Below are positions 26,610-38,285 of a stretch of DNA of 64,000 nt, one piece after another. The translations under genes and the position numbers were made by a program. The stretch is taken from positions 20,894,001 through 20,958,000 of the forward strand of contig JBHGNT010000001.1 of the NCBI GenBank assembly GCA_043228905.1, given 5' to 3'. Each line of letters opens with the position of its first letter. Positions within the stretch are counted from its first letter, which is position 1. This DNA is from Azolla caroliniana (taxonomy: Eukaryota; Plantae; Polypodiophyta). Below the pieces are notes generated by a model, which had not been told where the DNA came from, searched no databases, and saw only the letters and a list, made by a program, of their open reading frames with translations.

Positions 26610-26654
26610 GGATTTTTAGAGCGGACTATTAAAACATGGGGCACAAATAGTCCG
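26610..26654 (+). promoter_or_regulatory. Putative -1 programmed ribosomal frameshift signal (G GAT TTT plus stem-loop)
   Basis: Heptamer at 26610-26616 lies just before the Gag-PR stop TAG (26617-26619). The -1 frame is open into RT. A 9-bp stem CGGACTATT/AATAGTCCG follows. Confidence 0.7.
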
Positions 26655-29340
26655 AGCAATCGCAAGTTCCGACAAGGGAGTAGAGCGTGTGGATTGCGAG
26701 GAGAAGCAACATGTGTCACACCTAGTGGCGCATGTAAACTAGTACTACCCGACAAGAAGGACAAGCGTCGGATACAAGACTTCGAGAAGATGCTGAAAGA
26801 AGAAAACATAATAGAAAAAGAAGAGTTCATGACTCAAATTATGGAAGAAGCCTCATTTAACGACACCATCGGTGAAATCGAGGATGTCGTGGACTTGAGC
26901 TATCTACACGATCATCGCATGATTTCGGTTAGCTCCATCAACATGTATTCTATCATCGATGAATATCATCAAAACATCTTGATGAAGGAAGCTGACATCA
27001 ACACAAAATATAAAATGGTGGATAAGAAGATCAAGCTACTTGCAGTTCCGCTACCAAAAGATAACTGGCAAAAGATGAAGGAAATCGCTAATGATCCAAG
27101 TTTAAGGGATCCGAAGGCAATAGTTCATGTCTTCACCGAAGAGACGAAGGGAAAGCTACGAGCTGGAAGGGAGGATTTCCTCCTCCCTCAAGAGGAGCGA
27201 ATGTTTCGTGACATGCTTGAGAGACATGGGAAGGCTTTCACATTTTTCCCACAAGAAATCGGATGTGCTGATCCAAGGACGATAGAGCCGATGGTGATCT
27301 TCACGGTGCCGCATGTACCTTGGAATTTGAAACCGCTACCGGTTCCGAGAGCACACCTACCGAAGTTAATTGAGCTCTTAAAGGAGAAGGTGAATATGGG
27401 AATTCTAGAACCATTGAATGCTCCTTATTCTAATAGGTGGTTCATGGTGCCGAAGAAGAATGGATCATTGCAATTCATCCAAGATCTTCAACTCGTCAAC
27501 AAAGTGACAATTCGCAATGCTTGAATTGGTCCGAGTGTGGATGAATTTGCCGAAGCGTTTGCGGGTTGGTCTATCTACTCCATTGGTGATCTCTACTCCG
27601 GATATGACGAATTCCAGTTGGCGATCGACAGTCGTGACATTACGACCATGAGGACTCCGATCGGGCTCATGTGGATGTGTACCTTACCTCAAGGTGCAAC
27701 GAACTCGGTGGATCATATGGTGAATGCCATGAACAAGGTCTTGAAGGATTGCATCTTGGACATCACAATGCCATTCTTGGATGATATTCCGATAAAAGGA
27801 TGTTCGGATGAGGAGAAAGATGAATCGAAAGATAAGGAAGGGTGTAGAAAGTAAATCGTAGATCATATGAAAGATTGCAAGAAGGTGCTTCAAAGGCTCG
27901 AAGATGCGAATTTGACATTTTCAAGAGAAAAATCCGCATTCGAGCAACCAGAGATCTTGGTGGTAGTTCACTTGTGTGGAGCATACGACCGGAAGCCTTC
28001 GCCATCAAGGTGAATGCGATCCAGGACATGAAAGAAGAATGCGTAAACCAAACGGAGGTTCGAAGGTTCCTTGGAGCATGCGCGTTTTATCATATCTAGA
28101 TTTCGCACTACGCTCATGTCGTCGAGCCATTATATGGACTACTAAAGAAAAGAATGAAGTTCGAATGGCGAAGCGAGCGTACAAACGCGATGCGAAGATT
28201 GAAGAAACTACTTCTTGAAGCTCCAACACTAAGAAAGGCCAACTATACCAAAGTGAAGCCGATTTATGTGACTATAGATACAAGCCCAACCGGAATCGGG
28301 TGGGTCATCAATCAAGAAGTAGAAGATAATGCGCAACATGCCATCCAGTTCGGAGCAAAGTTTCTCAACGAACGACAACGAGGATACGCCCAAGTCAAGC
28401 GGGAACTTTGGGGTATTGTGTCAGTAGTGAAGACGGACAAAGACTACCTGATCGGGTCGGAAGTGATAATTGAGACAAATTTTCTCCCAATCCTAGGGAT
28501 GATCTGAAGATGTGTGACACCAAATCTAGCTATGCTAAGGTGGATTGCTGATATTAAATCTTTAAACCCAAAGATCTGCCACATTGTAGGAAAGAAGAAC
28601 ACCATGGCTGACATGTTGTCGAGGGCAAGATTTGAGAATGAAGGTGACATGATTTCGGAAGATGAAGACGTCACCCTCAACTTCTTCAAGATGGCTCGAC
28701 TATCGGTAGAAGAAAAAGGGCATGCTAACCCTCCACGCCTTCAACGAGGATGAGTACGAAGGGGAGTGGTTACTAATTGGCAGATTCCTAAGAATAATGA
28801 CGATGGATGCTTCATTGACGAAGGAGGAGGCCCTACGAATCCAGAAGAAAGCTTAACAATACTTCTTGAAGGGAGGATTCCTTTGGTGACACCCGAAAAG
28901 AAGGACAGGAATACCACGTCAAGTGGTGGTGAAGAAAGAAGAGCAAGTGACGCTAATGACCAAATTCCACGAGAGTGCTTGGGCTGGTCATAGAGGAACA
29001 TGGGTGACGTTCGAGAAGTTGAAGGAGAATTACTGGTGGCCAAGCATGTACAAAGATGTACTCCATTTTGTGTCTACATGCGAAACATGCCAAGTGCATT
29101 CGAATATACGTCATCGTGATGAGCTACAACCGACATACTCGCTCACCATACACTTCAAATTGATGGTGGATCTGGTCTCAATGCCAATGGGAGTGGGACA
29201 AATGAAGTACTTAGCTCTAGCAAGAGAAGACTTGACAAATCAAGTGGAAGGACGTGCCTTGACAAATAAGACGACGTTGGCTGTTTGCAAATTTCTACTC
29301 AAGGAGGTTGTTTGCCGATATGGATGTGTGGGAAAGACAG

Positions 29341-29776
29341 TGCGTAATAGATGTGTATAATGTGCGTATATGTGTGAGAGAAGAAGAGTGGAGAGAAAAG
29401 AGAACTCAAGATAGATAAATGATAGGAAAATAGAATACTCAAGAAGAAGGTGTATATTTCACAAGTAGAATGAGATTTACAAAATGTAGCATAACAAGGT
29501 GTCACAACCGACTAGTATGAAGTATGAGGATGGTGCTTTATATAGAGTCACCCTCTCTCTTCATTAACTTTACAACAACCACTCTCTCTCTTGGGGAATG
29601 TGAAGACTCATAGTCATGGGGAATATGTAACTCATTAGTTATGTGTCATAGAATATGATTCTATGACACATAATTAATGTGTAGAGAGTATTGGTGTGAC
29701 TCTTGACTTTTGAGTAGTCATTGATTTTCAAAAGGTGTGTTCACACATTGTGCTATGTTGAGCTTGATTCTCAACA
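29341..29776 (-). repeat. Copia-type solo LTR replacing part of the Gypsy E integrase
   Basis: TG...CA ends. The terminus GTTGAGCTTGATTCTCAACA is shared with other Copia LTRs here. No TSD. Confidence 0.8.
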
Positions 29777-32636
29777 ATCACTGTAGCCAAAATCTCGCAC
29801 TCTCTCTTCTTGGCACGTATGGGAGGACATGCGGTTTGGTGGGGGTGGATGTCGTGAAGATCCAGCGATAGTGTGAAACTTGTGAGGAACATACGAAATT
29901 GAGTGTGGTTCTTTTCACGAAATATAAAAAAATAATAGTGAGGATACTATTTTAAATAAGTCTAATATCTTGGTACAAAAAGATGGAGGTCTTGAAGAGC
30001 TTTTGAATGCACTTTTCTACATAACAAACGGTCAACTAAGTGTGAAGTTATGTGGGTATTAAGTTGCGAAAAAAGAAAAGAAAAGAAAAGAAAAACAAAC
30101 CTATGAGATGTCCCACATAGATATGAGAAACAAGGATCCTACAATATATAAAGCAAAGCCAAAAGCTATTGTTTTGTGTCTATGTGTGGAGCATAGAGAG
30201 TTCAAGGTGACTTGAACTAAGTTAATCAAATGAATGGGTGTGGCCTAGCTACTTGCAAAGGTGACTAGCGGCCGGCAAACCGGTGACTAGCCGATGACAA
30301 AACCGGCTAGGGATGCAGATCAAACGGCTGCAAATCGGACGGATTGGTTGATCGCGGTGCATGGTGTCTTAAAGATATTTGGTGTAATTACAACACCAAA
30401 AGCCTAATAGTATTTTGTGCTTTGAAAAGGGATGTATGCAAGACTTGAACATTGCACCTCCAAGTTGAGAGTCTATAGGCTTACCATTAAGCCAAATCAT
30501 TTCTTTAAGGATATATTTTTTTATCACTATACTTTTACATGTAATTCTCATACATGAGAGCTTAGATGATGACATGGCAAGCATGCATTTCATGCATTCC
30601 GTGCATGTCTTGCACCCTCACATGCACCATATGCATGGGGGCATCTATAAAAGAGTGGAGGAATCAAGCGAGGGAGGAGAAAAAATAAAATGGAATGTAA
30701 ATTTTAGGGAAAATAATAAGAAAACTCGTTATCTTATTGACATATCTTGTCTCTCAAATCTAAAGTCAAGCGTTCAATCTTTATCTTAATCTCTCTCTCT
30801 TTCAATCTATCTTAAATACTTTCTCACTAAAGCCAGTGCAAACTTCGAATCCTTCCGGTTCAGGACCCCGGTGGTTCCACCTCACGATCCCCACCTAGTG
30901 ACAGATCTTCACGACACCGGTTTGAGACCCTTCTTGGCCTTCATGGACTTCATTTATGAAGATCTGCCTTCTCCCTTTCCGGGATCAGACTCGCTTCGAT
31001 CTAACCCTTCACTATCGGTATCATATTCTGGCATCTTCTTCTTCCCCTTGTCTTTGCGTGTGAACCGTCTCCTCGGTTCCTTGCGCGGAGAGAGCACGGC
31101 AGAGTCTCCACTTCTGCCCGGTTCTTCACCCGATTGGTCATCCCGACCGAGCCACTGATTTGGCCCACTTAGTTGGAATGAAATTTGACTCTCTTCTAGA
31201 GTGCCAAAGTCTTCATCTTCTACCTGGAACTCTCCTCGGGCTCACTAGCCTCATCTTCCGGAATCGGGTCAGAGTCAAAGGTTGGAGTCGGTAGAGAATA
31301 CCATGATACCAACTCATCAAACTCGACATCTCGGCTTACTCGGACCTGCTTAGTCCAGGGGTTATAACACTTATACCCCTTCTGCTCATGCGAGTAACCG
31401 ACTAGGATGCACTTCTCCGATTTCGGATCTAACTTCTTCCGCTTCTCATCCGGTACATGCACATATGCTATGCTACTGAATATCCGAAGGTGCCTCAAAT
31501 TCGGCTTGCGCCCAAAATACAGCTCGTGTGCAAACACCTTGTCTCTGATCCAGTTTTGGATGTAGACGGCCTTCTAGATCACCTCAACCCAGTAGAATTT
31601 GGGCATGCTCTTTTCCTCCAGCATTGCCCTCGCTGCGTCGACAATCGACCGGTTCTTTCTTTCAGCCACACCGTTTTGTTCCAGTGTGTACCTGTAGCTG
31701 AATTCTCTCCGAATTCCCTTCTACTGCAAATAATTGTTGAACTGGCCGGAAAAGTATTCTTTTCCGCCATCCGACCACGGGCACTTTATCTTCCTCTCTG
31801 TTTCCCTTTTGACTAATATTTGAAGGTTCCGGAAACAGTCGAAGACTTCACTTTTCTTCTCGATTAGGTAGATCCACGTGTGCCGACTGTAGTCGTCGAT
31901 GAAGGATACGAAATACCGACTCCCGCCAAGACTAACATTTTGTGTCGGTCCCCATACATCCAAATGGATTAAGTCGATCTTGTTACGGCTCCGGTTTCAT
32001 TCGGTGGGGAATGGAAGCTAGTGTTGCTTCCCGAGCTGGTAGGCTTCACAAATTTGGGCCTTCCGGCAACTGAATTTCAGCAAACCGAACACAACCTGTT
32101 TCGATTGCAGGTCCTGAAGCCTCTGGTAATTGACGTGGCCAATCCGCTTGTGCCAGACATCGATGTCCGATTAAATTTTTTGTCCTTTGGCAAACATGGT
32201 GTGGTGCCGACGTCATTATTATTGAGGATGAACATCCTACCTTCTTTGCGCCCTTGTGCAATTATCCGGCCTTCTTCCTTGATAAAGCACCTGAAGTGCG
32301 TAAACCGCACCTACATCCTCTGCTCGATGATTTGTCCAACCGATACCAGGTTCTTTGTGATATTCGGAACATGTAGTACGTACATAAGCTTTCCCTTTTG
32401 TCCGACATGGCTTAAAGGGACTTCTCCGACATGCACAATCAAGTGAGGGGTGTCGTCTCCGGTTTCGACAATCCCTGGTTGTTCCAGTTTCTCCAAAAAA
32501 GAGAACCACTCTTCATGGCTCGTCATGTGGTTGGACGCTCCGGAATCAACGTACCATACTTCCTCCGATTTGGAAGTAGTCTTCATCGAGTTAGCCTTAT
32601 GCTTCATCATGAAGGATGGCCCTTTACCGGTCTTCC

Positions 32637-35063
32637 TGTCAGGGTCGTAGCCAAAGACAAGTTTAACATGAAGAAAAGAATGAGAAATAGAAAATAAGAG
32701 AGGAATGAGAGAGAAATAAGATATTGAAAATGTATTAGCAATGAGAACAAGGGTTACAAGAGTATGCCGAAGACTGGCGTTTAACCGGAATGGTTCATCA
32801 ATAGTTCGCTATATGTTTATATAGCATGCTTTGGATACATGCATGCTCGCCACCTCATAGGCACACATGCTCGCCATTTGTCATTCATGCAAGTATGACA
32901 CTTGGTAATCATGTGTTAGCCTATGCAGTGGCAACGTCTTACGCTATTAGATATATTTCTTCATGATCTAATATAAGAATTTACAATTTAATAAATCTAA
33001 TATGATGTATCCTAATGGTTGAAGCTACATATTATCTTTGACAAGGTCATGGGTTCGAATCCTTATTACAAGTCTTGGAGTTTTGGTATCCCCTTCCTTT
33101 GACGACAAGTTCCACGAGTCGCAATGCATGAACTAGGAGTTGGCTTATTTGGATATCGTTGATGAAATTAAGCTACGAGTTCTTTGGTATTATTGAGATT
33201 TCTAGCTGGCTCCCATGTTCGATCCACAGGTGTATAACCCAGCCAACCAACAAAGTAATGCAATTTGTTCTTCACAACTTTGGAGTCGAAAATGGATTTT
33301 ACTTCATATTCAAGGCCTTCATCAATCTCAATAGAAGGTGGAGCGGGAACAACGCGATCTGGAATAGAGTTTGAAGTATAAGGTTCCAAGAGTGAGACAT
33401 GGAACACTGGGTGAAGACGCATATGAGGAGGGAGATCGAGTTGAAAAGCAACTCCATTGATCTGTTTAGTGATTAAATATGGACCAAGGCGTTGATAATC
33501 TAGCTTGTTACAAGGCCTAGTGGTCTTCACATTACGTCGTAAGAGCCATACACGGTCTCCAACTTGAAATTTGGGTTTTTCTGGTGATGAGTTGAGTCGA
33601 TGGCGATCTGCAAATTTCTTATGGGTGGCTTGAGCGTGATGTAAATGATGAGAAAGAGCAATATGAATTTCTTGGATATGACGTAGGCGGTCCTCCGCAG
33701 CGGGGTTTTTCGAGATTCTTGGGTGGTCAAGAATTGTCCAACGGGGATGAACACCCGTGTTGGCAAAGAAGGGAGTAATTTTGGTAGAAGAATGAACTGA
33801 ATTGTTGTAAGAAAACTCCGCGAAATGTAAATAATCTACCCAATCATCTTGTTTGATTGGTACACTCGGTTTGACCATCAGTCTCTGGGTGATAGCTTGA
33901 CGAGAGTTTACAATCAATTTGGAGGAGCCCAAACAAGTGTTTCCAAAATGTTGAGATAAATTGTGGTCCTCGATCACTAATGATGTCATCAGGAAGACCA
34001 TGATGCCGAAAACACTTCACGCATAACCAAATCTATTGTCTCTTGACTATTAATAGTCTTTGTGCATGGTAGAAAATGTGCCATCTTTGTGAACCGATCT
34101 ACAACAGTCAGGATGGAATCAAAACCTTTGGAAGATGGAAGATCAGTAATGAAATCCATAGATATAGACTTCCAAGGACCATCAGGAACTGGTAAGGGTT
34201 GGAGTAAACCATATGGTCGATGTCAAGGACACTTGGACCGACAACATGCATCACAACTACGAATGTAGTTTTCAACATAGTTACGAAGATGTGGCCACCA
34301 ATAATTTCTAGAAACTAATTCCAATGTTTTGTGAACTCCAAAATGTCCAGCCATTAGCAAGTCGTGGCAATCTTGTAAAATAAGGAGTCGAGAGCGGCCA
34401 TCAGGGACATAAAGCAAATTATTTCGAAAAAGTAAATTATCATGCCAACTGAACTGATTATAATCTTTACAAGAATTCATCGACCTTGAACAAGAAGCAC
34501 GATCTGGAATAATATGATTCAAGACATCTTGGGCAAATTCATCTGCTTCAAGATCAGTACGAATCGTACTTATAAGTATCGAGTCCGTAGGTGTCTTAAA
34601 AGCATTAGTGACCAAGGAGGATTTGCTTTTGATGATCAAAAGAAGGTTCCCCTCAACAGGGTGCCATGTACGAATGCCGAGATAGCGCATCTACCTTTCC
34701 CTGGTGTATTGCGGGGTGATACACAATCAAGAAATCAAAGCGTGTAAGAAATTGTGCCCAACGTGCTTGTCGACGATTTAAGACTCGCCACCTCATAGGA
34801 ACGCATGCTCACCATTTGTCATTCATGCAAGCATGCCACTTGACATTCATGCAAGCATGACACCTGCTAATCATGTGTTAGCCTATGCGGTGGCAACGTT
34901 TCACACTAGTAGATATATTTCTTCATGATCTAATATAAGAATTTACAATTTAATAAATGTAATATGATGTATCCTAGTGGTTGAAGCTACACATTATCTT
35001 TGACGGGGTCATGGGTTCGAATCCTTATTACAAGTCCTGGAGTTTTGGTATATGTTCATGACA
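32637..35063 (-). mobile_element. Tcn1-like chromovirus G, internally deleted (INT plus chromodomain retained)
   Basis: TSD CTTCC (32632-32636 and 35064-35068). LTRs at 32637-~33088 and ~34785-35063. Integrase with GPY motif and chromodomain EYEVKSIFD...YFVGWLGY...TWEP (about 33180-33311). Confidence 0.92.
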
Positions 35064-35628
35064 CTTCCTTGTTCGGGATCCTTCTGATCCTTTGCGAACT
35101 GCGAGCTTTGCCGATTTTCCCGACCTGCTTTGCCAGATCCGGATTTGTCCGGATCAGTGCGCTTCTTCAAGCACTCACTTTCTCTGTGGCCTTTCTTGCC
35201 ACAGTACCAACATTCCGTGTCGGTTTTCAACTGCAGGTTTTCGGTTCCGACTTGACTCCCTCTGCTTGTGGAGGGTTCGGAACTGTTGTCGGCACCGTCT
35301 CTGTGCCCTCAGTTCTACTCTTGCCGGCTTTCATGATATCGTAACACTCAAACCCATGACCTTATGTTACATGGGTCGAGCTCTTGACCATTAGACGATA
35401 TGTTGTAATACGAAGGATATTATTGTCATTTAAGTTTTACTAAAGAAAATTGATGTATATTCCAGATTTCTCTGGAACATTCTAGAAACTTCAAGAGTAC
35501 TCCTGAAACCACTATAAAAGGAGGCACAAGGCATTATTTTGAACCAAATCGGTTCAACACCAGTCTTAAGCCTCCTAGCTGCTATTGTATATTCCCTTAA
35601 CATAATATATATCTTTTGTTATCCTCAT

Positions 35629-35670
<42 letters not shown>

Positions 35671-35796
35671 TCTTTCCTTCTCTTTAGAGTTCTACACATC
35701 CCTTAATACTAATCCTCATCTTTTAGTTCTAATTCCTTCTCTGTATTAGTATTGTTCCTGACAATACTTCTCTGTCTTAGTACTACTCCTAACAGT

Positions 35797-35808
35797 TTGA
35801 ACCGATTT
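35797..35808 (+). promoter_or_regulatory. Self-priming PBS of element H
   Basis: TTGAACCGATTT is complementary to AAATCGGTTCAA (35546-35557), which lies about 30 nt downstream of the LTR TATA box (35513-35519). Confidence 0.75.
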
Positions 35809-36998
35809 TTCTCTCCTTCCTTCTCTTCCCTTATCTTATTACTTCTCCCTCTCTTCATACTAATCTCTTATTCCTCTTTTTTCTCATACTATGGCCACTG
35901 TTAGCACTAAAGAATATCAATATGTTTTCTCAAAGCTGCAATGCTTGAAAGAGAAGTTCCTTGCTTTGGAACAAGAAAATCAACGGATGTTGGGGGATCT
36001 TCAACAAATCTCCTTAGAAAAGCAACAGATGCAACAACACCATGGGGAACTAGTGGTACGTGTGCAATAACTCAAAGCAACCTTAGAAGCGATGCAACAA
36101 CAAGGACCCAATACGCAAGGGATTCATAAAGAACCCAAGATCGGCCTTCCCATGAAATTCGATGGAACGCGATCGCAATTTAGAGGATTCCTTAATCAGG
36201 TACGTTTAGTCATTCAAATGCATCCTTCACAAGTGGGACTAGTAGGGACTCTACTTAGTGGCACGACTTTGGCATGGTTCACCCCCCTATTAGCAAAAAT
36301 CTCTCCCCTGTTAAATAATTCGAAGAGTTTATTACCGAGCTTAAAGCTTGTTTTGGAGATACCGACAATGTTAGAACAACAATCAACAAAATCCGAAGAT
36401 TGCGCCAAGGTGAGTGGCCGACCTCGGCTTATGCTGTAGATTTCCGTCTTCTCGCCACCGATATTCCCTGGGATGACCAAGCACTAATGGAGCAATTCCG
36501 TTTTGGCCTACGTAATGATGTTAAAGATTTACTCTTAACTTTCCCCAAGGAGCCAAAGTCATTGACAGAAGCAATCAGTCGTGCGGTGCGATGTGATAAT
36601 TGCCTCTTTGAACGACATTCAGAACGTCAGCTCCAAATGCCACGGACAAGATCAGAGCCCACCTATGCTTCAATTGTAGCAAAGCCTTTCCCAAAGGAGT
36701 CATTCAATACGTCTCCAACAAATACTCCGACTCCAATGGAAATCGACACCACATGTCGTCGCGGACCACTATTGGAAGAAGAAAAGTAGCGACGCAAGGC
36801 AAATAAATTATGTCTTTATTGTGGTGGACCGGGGCATATTGTAGTGAACTGCCCCCATCGGCCGAAAAGGCAAGTAAATCAAATAACCGCTAATACTAAT
36901 AGTACTAAACCCGAGTCTATTTCTCTAGGTGTGTCTGATGGTCCTAATAGCCCAAGCCTTTCAAACAAATTTGAAATCCTTAGTCAACTAGAAGAAGA

Positions 36999-37043
36999 GT
37001 TAAACGATTAAGTCCAACCAAAATAGGAGCCGTTTGGTTGGAC
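36999..37043 (+). promoter_or_regulatory. Putative gag-pol -1 frameshift signal (G TTA AAC plus 11-bp hairpin)
   Basis: Gag stop at 37009-37011. The -1 frame is open into protease/RT. Stem GTCCAACCAAA/TTTGGTTGGAC starts after a 6-nt spacer. Confidence 0.75.
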
Positions 37044-38285
37044 AGCCCTAGATCTTTGCAGCCCATTAGTGGTTCCATTTCCTCTAAGCAAGTTAGCAAT
37101 GTGTTCGTAGCTCAAGTAATGGTTAGTACTAAAAGTACTCCTCCAGTACATGTCTTAGCACTCTTAGATTCCGGAGCCAACTCTTCCTTCATGGATAGGA
37201 ATTTTGCCCAAGCTCATCAGATATCCCTAAAGAAACTCCCATGTCCAGCCTCTGTAGTAGTCATTGATGGTCGTCCCATTGCTTCCGGTAATATTATAGA
37301 AGAGTCAGAACCCGTTAATATTGTCCTAGATAACTTAGCGTGTGTAGTATCATTTAATATAATTAGTATCCTAGAACATCCCATTGTTTTGGGATTACCA
37401 TGGTTTGAATTACATAACCCAGCAATAGATTGGAGAACAAGAGAAATATGGAGTCGACAAACCCGAGGATCTACTCATAAGATTGCAACCATTTCGCTAC
37501 ATCAGTTGTGTGAGGAAGGACGTAAGGAGGAAATATTTCTCTTCGCAATATCAGTAAACCCCTCCAGTATCAATAAAGAGGAGTCCACCGTTCAACTTCC
37601 AGAGAAGTATCATCATTATGCTGATGTGTTCGATAAAGTACGAGCTAATACGTTTCCTCACCATCGACCGTATGATTGCCCCATTGATTTACAATCGGGA
37701 AAAGAGCCACCATGGGGACCGATCTACAATTTGTCACCAACCGAGCTAGAAGTGCTTCAAACCTATATAGACGAGAATTTGGCAAATGGTTTCATTCGAC
37801 ATTCGAAATCTCCAGCCGGCGCACCCATTTTCTTCGGTAAGAAAAAGGATGGATCACTTCGTCTCGTCATAGATTACCATGGGTTGAATAAAGTCACCAT
37901 AAGGAATAGGTATGCACTTCCCCTTATCTCAAGTCTGTTAGAACAAATCAATGGTGCAAGGTTCTTCACAAAGATCGACTTACGAGGAGCCTATAACCTC
38001 GTACGGATCCGACTAGGAGATGAATGGAAGACTGTGTTTCGCACCAGATATGGTCACTTCGAGTATACGGTCATGCCATTCGGACTCACTAATGCGTCAG
38101 CAGTCTTCCAGCACATGGCAAATGATATATTCTGAGATCTCTTGGATGATTTTTTTATCATCTATTTGGATAATCTACTGGTTTATTCGAAGACCTAAGA
38201 AGAGCATGATTCTCATGTACTGTTAGTACTAAAACGACTTTGAGAACATGATCTTTATGCAAAACTTGAAAAATGTAGTTTTAGG

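Larger units (their letters stand above)
18192..30916 (+). mobile_element. Ty3/Gypsy element E (non-chromovirus, tRNA-Trp PBS) with a nested Copia and a nested solo LTR
   Basis: Partial 5' LTR 18192-18633 matches 30472-30916. The full 3' LTR 29850-30916 has 13-bp terminal inverted repeats TGTCGTGAAGATC/GATCTTCACGACA. PPT at about 29838-29849. Gag from 18728, CCHC knuckle at about 25250-25290, protease, RT (PFLDD), RH and INT N-terminus. Confidence 0.93.

Noticed and set aside
34961-35035. Functional tRNA gene (GGTTCGAATCC)
   Set aside because: The anticodon and T stems do not pair properly, and the motif is part of an LTR. It is reported as a tRNA-like promoter instead.
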